The position numbers were made by a program, and so were the translations under genes. Shown here piece by piece: positions 24,129 to 37,600 of a stretch of 64,000 nucleotides of DNA; position 1 is the stretch's first letter, and every line of letters begins with the position of its first letter. Origin of the DNA: Trichoplax sp. H2 (lineage: Eukaryota); NCBI GenBank assembly GCA_003344405.1, contig NOWV01000001.1, positions 992,001 to 1,056,000 on the forward strand. The letters are read 5' to 3'. The notes under the pieces were generated by a model that was not told where the DNA came from, made no database searches, and worked only from the letters and a program-made list of their open reading frames with translations.

Positions 24129-25167
24129 TACCAATGATTGTAGCGTATGAATAAATTATATGCGTACATTTTTGTTTGCATGTGAAATTACCTATAAATG
24201 AATCAATACTAGATTCCTAAAATTGTACATGCGTTGAATAGAAAATATACATTAATAACTCGGAAAAACCTCATATTGGGTTTACTGAATGTCTGATCAT
24301 CATTTCGGGATCATTATTGGAATTTAACTTTCACATTAACAGATAAGTAAAGTGGCTCGCAAACCTAAAACTGTTATTATTTTGTTGTTTGACTTCAATT
24401 TATAATTTGCAAATCATACTCCTGTCATACCTTTATACTCATTATTACACACTGGATATAGGTATAATCGTACCTCGTCGAAATAAAAAGGCATACTTAT
24501 TATGATGAATCCTTTTAATAAATTTTTAAAAGAGTGATCTATGGGTGTACATCCATAATGTTATAAAACTGATTATGATAATCAATTACTTTACATTAGA
24601 GATCATACAGAGTCTGGAAAGCTATTGTATTTTCTTTTCGAACTATCTAAAATTCAAACATTAATATATTTTCATCGTCTTACTGAAGAGAACTACTTAG
24701 AGCACAAATTATTAACAGTAAATACAATATTTCAATTAATTTCATACAATATAACACGCTTAGGTATACGAATAGGCTGATATTAAGAGTTTGATTCCAT
24801 CAAGACAAACTCTTGAAATCATTTTGTCGTACGTGAACATCAATTAATAGCTTGTAAGATTACGATGTAGCAGCTATTTAGCTAGGAAAATACTGGATAT
24901 TAATAGTTGTGGATTATTTTGAATACATATATTAAATACACGATAATCAAATGTATTAATAAGTATATAAAAGCGACCAATTTCAACGATATCCTCTTAC
25001 AAGTAGAAATGTTTCTAAAAACAGCTAGCAAATTTTTCTTGGAAAGACGCTGTTTCATTACATATAGCAAGAATGTGCATGAATGGTAAAGATTTAGGAG
25101 CTATAGACCGCATTATTAATATTTAACTTAATTACATGAAGTGTTTATACGCGGATTTAAATGGATA

Positions 25168-27828
25168 TTAATCGTCTTTTATCCGTGCAAATTCCTTTAC
25201 AATTTTCCAGTACTTTTGAATTATTGGATATTTAATGATAAGATACGCAAAGGCAATAAGTGTATATACATATGATAACATTAAGTATATGTTCATCGTA
25301 TCTGATACGTTGACTGTTACAGGACCTGCGTTGTCTAGATCAGTAATATTTTCTGAAGCGTTATAACTCAGTCCTAGGTAGAAATTTTTGATCGTAGAGA
25401 ATTAGTACATTATAAATTTGATAGATAGTTTACTAAATCACGAAATATGCATTAAACTAACTGGATATGAATATAGTGACTGAAAAGCAAACTAGTATAA
25501 TTATACTATAATTGTCCAGGTTTATTTTATTTTAGAAATGTAGGGTTTGTAATGTAAATGTATGTTTCAATATTTCATTCCTTAACAGAGGTTGTATAGC
25601 AGTTTGTAAGCTCTTTCAACATTATTACTATGTAGCTATTATCAAGTTAAACTAGTAGCCAATAGCTGTTCATACAAGTATTCTGATTAGAGCTAAGAGT
25701 ATATTTGACGTGTAAACTGTTGATAATATCAACTAGGCTAAACGTACAATTGCTACATACGTATTGCATCTGGTGTTGTTGTCCATCAATATATGAGCAT
25801 TAATAAGATAAACCAATACTAGAAAGTGAGTGTTATCGTACAGAAATTTGATCTAAGAATCATCTAAGACATCATATCCATCTATTCATCTAGTAATTTT
25901 CCTTCTTCGCCTGGTAATAATTCTGTGAAATCAATGTTATTCCACTACAGCAATTAAAATAACTATGACGCATATTAAGCTATTTTTCTGATAACTAAAA
26001 GTACCGTATAAAAAGTCTACGTGGGTTGCAAATCAATGTTATTCCACTACAGCAGTTAAAATAACTAAAAGTACAGTATAAAAGTCTACGTGGGTTGCAT
26101 AATAATCGTGAAATACAAAATCATAAAAAATAAACCGTTACCTGTAACATTGCTGACGAATTGAACTAGGTTGTTGAAAGTGGCTGTTGAATTAAATCGA
26201 AGTATTCGTCTTGCACGGACAAAGATTAAAACAGTTGGTGTACCCATGACTCCAAACTAGGATTGAAGAAAGGGTTTATCATTAATTAATGTTATCAGAA
26301 GTTTATCCCTATAGTTGAGGGGGAAGGCTTTATACTCGTAACGTTTATTTCAATCCGTTAGTAATATTGGATATGATCGATATCGCCGTTAACAAAAGCA
26401 CGTATATGTTATGTAGCAATATATAATGTTGGCATGATGTTACCATACAGTACGCGTATAAGCTTTAAATTACAAGAGTACCAATACTGTAGAGCAGTTA
26501 TCGATGAAAGTAATTGACTTACCCTGATATTATAATAGCGGTTATCGTAGGCATTAACAGATATAGTGGTTAAATTAGGAAATATATGACCAATTGCATT
26601 GTATGCTGGTGCTAATTGAGCCGAAAATGAACAAGACGATGAATAGAATAGTACNNNNNNNNNNNNNNNNNNNNTACAGAAATTTGATCTAAGAATCATC
26701 TAAGACATCATATCCATCTATTCATCTAGTAATTTTCCTTCTTCGCCTGGTAACAATTCTGTGAAATCAATGTTATTCCACTACAGCAGTTAAAATAACT
26801 ATGAAGCATATTAAGCTATTTTTCTGATAACTAAAAGTACCGTATAAAAGTCTACGTGGGTTGCATAATAATCGTGAAATACAAACTTATAAAAAATAAA
26901 CCGTTACCTGTAACATTGCTGACGAATTGAACTAGGTTGTTGAAAGTGGCTGTTGAATTAAATCGAAGTATTCGTCTTGCACGGACAAAGATTAAAACAG
27001 TTGGTGTACCCATGACTCCAAACTAGGATTGAAGAAAGGGTTTATCATTAATTAATGTTATCAGAAGTTTATCCCTATAGTTGAGGGGGAAGGCTTTATA
27101 CTCGTAACGTTTATTTCAATCCGTTAGTAATATTGGATATGATCGATATCGCCGTTAACTAAAGCACGTATATGTTATGTAGCAATATATAATGTTGGCA
27201 TGATGTTACTATACAGTACGCGTATAAGCTTTAAATTACAAGAGTACCAATACTGTAGAGCAGTTATCGATGAAAGTAATTGACTTACCCTGATATTATA
27301 ATAGCGGTTATCGTAGGCATTAACAGATATAGTGGTTAAATTAGGAAATATATGACCAATTGCATTGTATGCTGGTGCTAATTGAGCCGAAAATGAACAA
27401 GACGATGAATAGAATAGTACTACTGCACAACAATTTTTATTATGCATGAGGGTATCGTTAGCAAATTGAAGCCATTGCGTTTTATTCATATGAATCACTT
27501 CGTTGACAGCAAAAGGACAGCTAAAATTTCCCAAGCAATTGAGTTGATTTCTACCATCATCGCTAGAATTGCTATTATCTAATAAGAATATTTGACGATA
27601 TACTTCTCGAGTGAAGTTAAGTTGTTGTATTTGATGATAACTACGACAGTAAGGTCGATCAGCCAGGCATGTCCTACTTGCATTGCTACCGCTGTCTTTT
27701 GTCCAACTGCCACTATAACAATCCATATTGTAGTTTACTTGACCATAGCAAGAAATCTGAAAAAGGAGCATACAGTAAGCAGCAAATAAAATATACTTCC
27801 GATGGACTTGGATAGGCTGAGTCTTCAT
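25168..27828 (-). CDS. TXNDC15: Thioredoxin domain-containing protein 15-like (signal peptide, CxxS-type Trx domain, C-terminal TM)
   Basis: Exons 27828-27289, 27022-26908 and 25373-25168 give ...CAVVLFYSSSCSFSAQLAPAYNAIGHIFPNL...RFGVMGTPTVLIF...RFNSTATFNNLVQFVSNVTGL...AGPVTV...IYLMLSYVYTLIAFAYLII...*. This follows the TXNDC15 pattern (VLFYTPWCRFSASLAP...RFGTVAVP...). Confidence 0.85.
25838..27420. repeat. Tandem duplicate of about 750-820 bp of TXNDC15 sequence flanking a 20-N gap (26655-26674); probably a haplotype or assembly artefact
   Basis: Segment 25838-26654 matches 26675-27420 apart from SNPs. The left copy has an extra internal duplication of about 70 bp (26030-26098). The two copies abut the N run. 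Confidence 0.9.
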
Positions 27829-29177
27829 GATTAGCTATTTACCACCTCTAAATGAAGATCATTCTACTTGCAATGTTAGCTTAATTTTTGCAGCAGTTTT
27901 CTGTTACTTAAACTGAGCGACGATGAAGGCGAACCTGATCGTCAGCATTTAGTCACTCACTATTAACTATTTTGATCGTTGTAGTCAATTTTCACAAGTT
28001 GTATACTCCCTGGTGTAAGTGTTGCTTTCGTTCACTTAGTTTAAGCGATCTGATAGTATGTCATACCAGTGTTTCCGTATACTGATAGTAATTACACCCA
28101 TCGACACTTTACTTTGCTGTACGGTACACCATGGCATCGCTAGGAGCATGGTAGACAGTATGGAAAGTACGATACAGTACAGATTTGTATAGAATCTTTG
28201 AAATATTTGGAATAGACTGTACTTGACTGTACGGTTTACTATCGATCGCTACGACTGATAGAAACACTCTAAGTACTTTACTATTGCATACTGATTTACA
28301 GACCAAAGCGATATGCTATCCTATGTTATGCAATGCTCAAATTTTTAAAAGATACATTTGATATAGGGTGATACATTATGAAATATCTACGTACGATAGC
28401 AACTGCAATTAAATTGAAAAGTATTACTAGTTTAAAGTCGATCTTGAAAAATTTATATCAATTCCTTGAAAGCCTAATTGACTTTGCTGAATTAAATTTC
28501 AATTATGTCATCATTTCTAATTTTTTAGCAATAACATCAATCGATTTTTGTTAAACCTTTCTCGTCAAGTATTCACGAGTACAGTGTAGCATACACTCGA
28601 TGCGTGCATTTGGCTATGCAATGTTGCATACATTGCTAGCACTAAATGAAAATGCCTTTACGGCATTATTTTACGCTATCAATTTTAAGAAACGATTGGA
28701 TGAGAATGCCATTGCAGGCTACCATTGTCTGATACCGAAAGACAATCCAGTACTCTACTCGTATAAGGCTTTTACAAGAATTACGCGGCCCAAATATTAT
28801 GCTGTACACATTCATAACTTGATATTTGATTGGGAATGTAAATACGCGGCCACTAGTCTAAACTCTAAAGAAGGCTACAATACGCCAAACGTAAGCATTG
28901 TCCACTACTTTTTATTAATTAAAAATAGAATCTCGAGTATATTATATATATATCACAATGAACTCTGAGTAGGTTATTAGCATAAATCAGAGGATTTTAT
29001 GAAAATTCATTTTAATATTGCATACTATAGAACGCATATCCATGCATTAATCTTGCAAGAACTTCAATAATTCATGGTATGTCATATAATACAAAATTAA
29101 TATACGAGTACGTAGGTGTTTGATTTAGATCAAACTCTACTTCCGCAACTCTCTCCATGGCTTTCTTCATCGATAAT

Positions 29178-32100
29178 TTATGAAGAAAGGAAGCTAACTC
29201 CCGTTTTTGCTTGATTGTGCAACTGACTTTCTAATTTCCCTTATATATTTGAAAAAGAAAGTGCTCATTGAATACTCTTCGATTTCTATATTGCTTATAG
29301 AGCATAGTATAACAAAGCTAATAATATACAATATTTGACGCGTAATTAACCGTAAGCTGGTCAAGCTTTACTTACAGATTTTATGCTGCCCCTTTACTGG
29401 AAACTTAACGTGCAATTCTAGAGGACTAGCGACTATAAAAACATACGGAGATTCTGATTCGCCATCTGGGTACTATAATTATAATTGTATTACAATAGAT
29501 TACGCCTAAGTAATCGGAATTGACAACGAAATGTAAAGCTCCATACGATAAATAGCGGAAACAATTCATGTACTAGAATCAGCATGCTCATAGCTTACTT
29601 TTTCTTGATATTCGTTCTGATCTAAACAGTCCAATACATCCACACATCCCAATAGGCAACCAGCTGGGTAACTATCTGGGAAATCTAGATCAACTCCTAC
29701 AAAATGGTCCAAAATCTAAATGTTAACACCAATTATGGAAAATCTATTATAATAAAAGTCAATTTAGAACTACCTGAGTAGCGAACTCGGTACATATCTT
29801 CTAATGCTTCTATGTCGCTTTTCTCACAATCTTTACTTGTCGAAGCAATCCAAAGTCTCCCTCGATGAGATGCATACCATGTACGCCCTTCATGCCTGAA
29901 TTTTCAGAAATTATTAACTTATTAATTTTACGTTAATTAAGGAATGTACTAGAATATATCTGCCTAGTTTTCAAATTTAACCACTTCGAATAATTACGCA
30001 ACATTTGTAGGCTGTCAGTAAATAATTACTACTAACACTTTGATTCCACGAATTAAAAGAGATGCCCAGGGTTGATGCATACTCAGGCATAAACCTTAAC
30101 AGCGTAAAAAATTCACCTTTGTCAATTATGTACTATTTAGAGTGGAAGTAAAGATCACAAAGATTTCACAATATAAATTATTTAGCGACTTTAAAACCTT
30201 TATCAGTAACTTCTTGCAATTCCCTATCTTGTAGTCTAAATTTAGCTTTACTTGGGACTTTTAAACCGGATTTGACAGGCTCAGAGATTTTCTTTTGATG
30301 ATTACCAATGCTTACAAACTATAAAATTACCGTTTCAAATATTTAAGATGGTCTTTTACAATAACAACCCAAGAACTATAGTTAGTAACCTACCTTAACT
30401 TTATCTGGGGATATTACAGGATTGTTTGGATGAAAGATATCTTTTTTACTCTTAGTATTATCACGCTTAGTTCCAGAAAATATGGACAGGTTATCATCGC
30501 GAAGTGCGCTCTTATTTACGCGATTAAAGTAGTCGTCATCTTCATGAACGACTTGTCTTCCTGCTAAATCAATCGTCACCTTCATTTCACGACGCGACTT
30601 ATGTAGCTGATTATTTCTTTGACGTTCTAACTCTTTCAACTGTTTTATTTCACTTTCAGAAAACCATCTATCAGTCTTAAAGTAATCGCGCTGATCATCA
30701 ATAACTTTAGTTCGCTGAGCACTAATACGAATAAAATATTTAAATTTCTGTTAATTTATAATCATTGATAATATCTAAGAAGAAAACTGATTAGAATGCT
30801 TTATTATGGTACACTACAGTTCTGACCTAGAACGATCATATTCTAAGAGTTTATTCCGATGTTCAATTGCATTTTTAGCTTGAATTTCCTAAAAAAAAAG
30901 AAGCAGCACATTTATTGATCTATTAGTATAGACTACAGTATATTTTCTTATAATATTATAAAAATACATTAGATTACTGTATATAAACCTGTAAAAAAAA
31001 TTTTAATGACTGTTATCTTATTAGATAACATTCAGATATCGAAATAATGGAGAATGATTAGAATTTTTGATTGTATACGATGTTAATTGGCTTACGCACA
31101 GAATCACCAGAATAATCGATGAAAGTATTACTATACTTACAAATTCTTGATTGGCATTCATTAACGATTCGTATAACTTTTTGCTTTTCCGTGAATTTCT
31201 ACTAAGAATTTCTTTTTCTTCATTGGTGCATACCATATTACCACAAGATAAGCAAGGGCCAGAACCTTCCTGATTACAAATAATTCTTCCACAGTTCAAG
31301 CAGTTATTAACTAACTCATGTCTTTGCGCTAAGCAGTTACAAATATGCCTTCCTGGTAATCGGGCACTACCATCAAATTGTGACTGTCCTTTTTCACTAG
31401 TTAATGGTATAAATCGTTTCTTATTAGCAGAATTTGCAGATGCATTCCGAGTATATTTAGTGCTTGAACTTGGCTGCAACAATTTTAAAAATAATTAGTT
31501 GCATTATCTATCATAAGTATAATAGTATGTTCCATCATGTTTAGAAGAAGCAATCTAAGTCTGCTATGTCCTTGACTACAGTTTTTCGGATTACATTTTG
31601 ATATGTATTTATCTACCTGTTCCATCGACATTTTGCCATAGGCAGGTAATTCATTCAAATTGTCTTTTCTATAATAATATCCCTCTGGATTTTCTGCAAG
31701 TGCTTCATCCTTATGCATAGCTTTATTACCTTGATTGCCTTTACCTGCACCTGCACGCTTTCGTCTTCTTTTCTGAAGAGCTTGAATAAATTTTTTTTTC
31801 TCGCTTGGATCGGCATTGGGGAATATATCATCTATAATTTCTGTTAAATCCTCCGCATTGTTACATTCTAGGATGTACCTACAAATAGTGAATTTTGGGT
31901 AAATAGAATTAGTTCGCTATTTGCACATGTACAAGCAATATGCGTTTAATGAACATTCTTACTACATATATTACTTAATATACTGTACTGTATACACGTC
32001 TAGTAATACCAAGAGTTGCTCTATCCAAGTAATACCGTAGTAACAGGTATTAATATATGACGTAAGTGCTCAAGATAGATTTCATACTCCATTCACTGTT

Positions 32101-32761
32101 ATAGCTATACTATAGCTCTGTCCTTCAAATAAACAGTACGCGTGCCTTATAAACTGGATAGCAGTTACCCGTAAGATTATTGCAAGCTATCAGCTGACTA
32201 GTATAGCAATTCTCTATCATTAAATCAGTTCAAATCAATATTATTCTTGTATGACACGAAGACATACGAGTACATGTACTGTACAGTATATGGAACAGGT
32301 TTGGGCTAATTTTAAATCATTGATAATGATTTTATAATTAAGCAAATGCCCTAAAATGTACAATGTGTAAAAACACTGTCTGTCTAGGTCATCACTGTAG
32401 TTACTGTAAACGTATCGTAAAAGCAATAATTTTAAGTTTAGAGATAGCTAAGATTGTATAGATGTTTAATTCAATATTGATCCCTTAATTCTACATTAGT
32501 ATAAAATAAATATTATACCGTAGTACACACGCAAAAGCATCTAACATTGAATGTTCCAGAAGAATAACTGACTTTCAACACGATACACTGTACTACATAC
32601 AAACGTGTATGCTTGAACCCGTATAATCGTACACAGATACGGTTACTGATCCACTACTAATGATGGATGCATTACCCAATGATAACATCGCTTATTTCGT
32701 TCTCATGTAATTTCAATAATCTCAGCTGTTTTAGCCATGTAACGTCCTCATCGGTAGGCAT
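29178..32761 (-). CDS. TRIP4: Activating signal cointegrator 1 (ASC-1), with zf-C2HC5 and ASCH domains
   Basis: The ATG at 32761 gives MPTDEDVTWL... and exon 2 YILECNNAEDLTEII. The zinc finger is CNCLAQRHELVNNCLNCGRIICNQEGSGPCLSCG, followed by RTKVIDDQRDYF. The ASCH domain includes LCLSMHQPWASLLIRGIKRHEGRTWYASHRGRLWIAS, YPAGCLLGCVDV and FPVKGQHKI. The stop is at 29178. Confidence 0.95.
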
Positions 32762-32932
32762 TATTCACTTCTTGATATGTCGCGTTATATATCAATCAAA
32801 GATGCTCAACAACCAGAAGGATTAATCCAATATTCAGAATATCAGCAAAGTCAGCAGTTTCATCGAGCTTTACAGTATCTCTTATGATTCATTCAATGAA
32901 CTTGCACTGTACACTGTACAGTACAGTACACT

Positions 32933-32986
32933 CCAATTGAAAGTGTCAACCCAATTGAAAGTGTCACTCCAATTGAACGTGTCACC
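32933..32986. repeat. Three 18-bp direct repeats, CCAATTGAA(A/C)GTGTCA
   Basis: Copies start at 32933, 32951 and 32969, within the TRIP4/EEF1E1 divergent intergenic region. Confidence 0.9.
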
Positions 32987-33044
32987 CCAGTACTGTTTGC
33001 ACTTTGCAGTGTGACAGTTCCGTTCAAACCTCTTTGTACAAGTA

Positions 33045-33275
33045 CTGTACGTACTGTAGTTATGCAGTCTTTATACTGTACTGTACAGTGTACAATACAG
33101 TACAGTACAGTACAATACACTACTGTACAGTACTGTACTGTAGAGCTACAGTATAGTACAGTACTTGGAAAACAATGATCTGTACTGTACAGTACAGTAC
33201 TGTACAGTACAGTACAGTACAGTATGTACAAGTGTTTTGAATCATCATACTGTACAGTACTGTACTGTACTGTAC
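33045..33275. repeat. (ACAGT/ACTGT)n low-complexity tract in the TRIP4/EEF1E1 divergent promoter
   Basis: Dense runs such as tacagtacagtacagtac and tactgtactgtac in both orientations, ending about 30 bp before the EEF1E1 ATG. Confidence 0.9.
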
Positions 33276-33306
33276 TCTTCCAGGGTCATCGCAGCATCTT
33301 GATAAA

Positions 33307-34639
33307 ATGGCGATGGATCAAGTAGCGACGTTGGTGATTGGGGATTCCCCGGCTGATCATGAATTAAAGGACATGATCGATTTCTTCGGATTATCCGATA
33401 AGAGAATTACAGTGCAATTAAAAAATAATTCGAAACATCTTAAAGTGGAAAAGGTATAGGAAATTAGCTATCGGTCCTAAAAGATCTGCACATACACAGC
33501 AACATATTGCTGTTTAAAGCGGACCGTTTCTATCGAATGCATTGCTAGCTCATAACTGAGTTGAAAACTACTACATACTGTAAATAATATCGACTACATA
33601 CTGTACAGTGTATACAGGTTTATGTAAGGCTATAGCAAGTTTGATTTCTGCAGCAGGTACACCAATTCACTATGCAATGTTATTGCAATTGGTACTATGT
33701 GCGGTAATTGTTTAATCCGTAATTGGCTGTGATTGCGTTTCTGATTTGCTACTGACCGTACAGTGTTGCATATAAATAGTAAATTAATTAGATGTGTGGT
33801 ACATATAGAAAGGTTTTTAACTGTGACGTGATATACGGTAGGTGATTCTAACAAGAGAATTACGTTTTTATTATTTCTTAATGCGAAGCTACCATGCTTA
33901 ATTCTGGACGGAAAGTTGATTTATCAGTATAATGCCATCGCTAAATTTCTAGCTGCAAACAGCAGCAGCCACACTGGAAAAAGTGATATAGAATGGAACG
34001 AAATTTGGCAGTATCTGGAGTACAGATCTGCAGATGTGCAGCCAAACATACGAGATAATGCTAAGATTCAATCCGTACTAATGGTAAATATTTAATACAC
34101 GGTAATAGGAATGATTTATTGTATGAAATGGTATAAGTAATTTGGTCTTGCTCTGCTGCGTGGTTGTCTCTAGGAAATGAATTCTATTTTAGCCACAAGG
34201 ACATTTGTAGTTGGATTTAAGCAATCTCTTGCCGATATTATTTTATACTTGGGCTTATATCCGATAGCTGTAAGAAAATATTTCCCCTCATATGCTTTTG
34301 CAGAGTTTATTATACATCCTCTGTAAATTTACTGTAATACCGCAGTAAAAATCTGTTATGCAGTGTATCATACGTAATTAATTTTCCCTAATTCAGATTA
34401 AATCCTATTGAAAATCTATAATTTTAAATTTTGACGATAGACTTCTATGAGCTGCGAAAGCAAACAGCGATACAAACATTTCTCCAGATGGTTTGATCAG
34501 GTTTGTATCTGTTGTTTTAATTTGCATCTGCTAAGGCTGAGATTTCTCGTTTTTCTTTTAGAATCAATACTTAGCGGCGTCAAGCTTTCACTTAGAAAAG
34601 ATATATTTTCCGAAAAGTAAGATATATAACTTCTGTTAA
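33307..34639 (+). CDS. EEF1E1: Eukaryotic translation elongation factor 1 epsilon-1 (AIMP3/p18), a GST-like subunit of the multisynthetase complex
   Basis: Exons 33307-33453, 33889-34083, 34174-34269, 34441-34500 and 34562-34639 give ...LPCLILDGKLIYQYNAIAKFLA...EIWQYLEYR...EMNSILATRTFVVGFKQSLADIILYLGLYP...KQRYKHFSRWFDQNQY...IYFPKSKIYNFC*. Confidence 0.85.
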
Positions 34640-37600
34640 ATAGTTCCAGTGTCATAAGTGAATATCATTTTCGTTGTTCATTGCAAATATTTTACAGAAG
34701 ATGCATGCTATTACGAGTGCATCGGCGTCTTAGTTCTCGAAAAACAGCTGAAAGATTTAGCTCAATTGTGTACATTACGTAATGACTCTAAATAATACTA
34801 ATAATAACATCGTTAAGTAAATTTTCTTTTCTTAGCGATTTCTATGTATTTAAACTCTTCATTTACGTTTCAATAAATCTGCAATGTACTAAATATTGCT
34901 AGTTGTTAAACTTCATATGTACTACTGATGATTAATTGTATTCACAAGTCTTGTTAATCTGTGTATCATACATTCATTTAGATTAATCACTAAAATTTCA
35001 GTCTGACATTAAAGTAAGCACTGGCATGGTGATATCTTCAGCCCTAGTGTATTTTCCTAGTACAGAAGTAGTTACTGACAACGAAAGGTTGACATTTTTG
35101 ATCACACTACAAGCCGTTGTGTGTAGTCCATAACGTCTACCTTGTACTAAGTTTGCCTTAAAACTCTTCCTTTATGAACTAATTGACGGATATTTTAATA
35201 CGTGTAAAAAAAAATAAATGAAAGATACCATGCAATTGAGCTCAAATAAAGTCACTTTATTTCGTCATAAAGTAGCATGAATAACAAGAAATTGGCAACA
35301 ATAGCTTATTTATAAATGAGGGTCTAACTAGACAACGAGATTTGGTCTTTATACGACTGTAACCTTTGGTAAATTAAAAATCAGCAGCTTTTCATGCGAT
35401 AGAAAATAAATAATTTGTAATCCTCGTCATATTTATAGATTTTCAATAACAGTTACTGCCGCGTTATAGTAACGAATAGATATAGTAGGCGAAATTATAC
35501 GCATTCCTATGCAGCGTATGACATTTGTTTCAAGTAGTTAAATATTATGTAAATATTTCATATCTTTATCAAAAGAAAATACGGAAATACTCATTGGACA
35601 ACGTTAATATTGATATGCGGTATCTATATCCTTTATCTTTTGAAGTATAATAGTTCAATATTAGGCTATTTTGTATCCGGAGTAAATGCAAACTGTCTCA
35701 AAGTTATTAATTGACTATAGAGCCTATGCCAATCAATTTCATACTTACTGTTTTACTTTCAATCTTAACTTATACTATAGAAATGGTAAATGTTATAATT
35801 CTTTGTGGATAATGTGTATTAATAGTTTAATTTACCATATTGGCCTTGTAAATTTATAAGCATGTATCAGAGAGCTGTTAATACATTAGTATAATTGCGA
35901 TTTTGATCCTCGAGTTAGCTGATATAAATACTGTATAATAATTTTGATGATGCTTCAACTATAAAGTGACATATAATTCTTGAGCTTTGATTAATTGGTT
36001 AGTTCGTCGCCACTGCTAGGCTCAGTCATAATTGTAAGCAATGTGAGTAGTATTTTCTTCAATCATTGTGATATCATTAAATTAATTATCATCAGTAGAC
36101 TACTAGTATACTCCTTCATAGTGAAGCATATCCAGTAATAGTAGATAGAAATTAAAATTATTAAAAAGCATTATATTTACGTTGATGAATAACTTTGTGT
36201 TTTGTTTTTGAGTCCATTGATGATGAATGTACATCATATCGTTAGCAAACTACATTGTAATAAAATCATCAGATTCAAAGCGTAGTAAAATATTATAAAA
36301 TAACAACAAAAGCAGAGTATATGGTATATGCTTTATCTAATATCCAGTGAATACCTAAATTAAATGAGCTATTTCTTGGATATACTCTTGAACATTATAC
36401 GGTACAAGAACCTGATTATTTTCCTATTAGAAAATGGATAATGGCAGAGTAAAGCACAGAAAAGGAATATAAGGCTTTTCAAATTCAGACGATAAATACC
36501 TATTATATCCTTCGTTACATAATAAATGATACCCACCTGCTCTGGTTATTGTCAATTGGATAACAGCACGTGCTACACATATGTTTTAAATCATAAACAT
36601 AACCTTGGGAATAGAGCTTTACGTAATTTCTGATAAATTGAATAATATCATGATAGATTAGCGCATATGTACAATATATAATATAATTGAATATGAATAT
36701 TTATACATAGTATATACCTAATAGATCATAATGATGGCTTTATATGATAGCTATTTGAGTATGCATGTTATAGATTATACATATTTATTTCAGAATGTTA
36801 CCTCCAGTTACGTATCGATTATCTATAGAATTGGATTTTTTAAATCATTTATACTATTATGCTAGCTGTTAGTCATAATCATTGCATAGCAATCGTCTTA
36901 TTATCCTTTCCTGAAAGATCCATAATAATTATCGGAGGCGTACGAAAATTATGATACTCCACAGAAAATCAGGTGAATAATGTTTAGTCTAGCCCCAATA
37001 TGAGTTTTAATGAAATATTTGTAATTCATTTGCTTATACTACATCATTCTTAACTGTACATAGTAAATCATTTATTAGACGATGAAATCGTATCTACAGT
37101 GGTAACACGCAATTACGTATATAAAGTCACCTTGTAATAATAAATAAAAAAAAGGCAAGATGGATGAATAAATAGACATTCAGGTAATAACAAAAGCCAT
37201 AAGCCTCCTTTCATTTAGCTCTATAACGCCTAAACGCTGTAAATCTATATTTGTAATTGTAACAAACATCTAATAAATAACACGAGTTTTATATTTAAAG
37301 CAAATGTAATACGATGTTTGTGACCCCTAAAACGAGATTCTCTATTCAAGTAAACATTTTCGGTCTTAATTGTAATTGTTTTGTGTAAATATCCAGTTTG
37401 TGCCGTCTTGATAACCAGCTAGTGAAGCAATAGTTAATCAATAGACAAAGGTTTTCGAAGTTTTTATTGAAGAGTGAGTTGCTCTGTAGCTTTTTTCAAG
37501 CTTTAAGGATAGTGATGGTATGTGGTATCTACTGACATTAAGGAGATAAAAGAATGTTCATCTTACAATATTTGGAAATTGTAATCATTAACTAAGACTA

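Noticed and set aside
28600-28968. 122-aa ORF between TXNDC15 and TRIP4
   Set aside because: It has no recognisable domain or splice context and lies near the TRIP4 3' end on the opposite strand, so it is probably a chance ORF.
32933-32986. Regularly spaced direct repeats as a mini-CRISPR array
   Set aside because: The units are contiguous with 2-bp linkers, there are no unique spacers or cas genes, and the genome is eukaryotic.
32893-33231. Cys/Tyr/Thr/Val-rich ORFs (also 7604, 42634, 44395, 44443, 50059, 50106) as metallothionein-like peptides
   Set aside because: The composition is simply the translation of ACAGT/ACTGT repeats.
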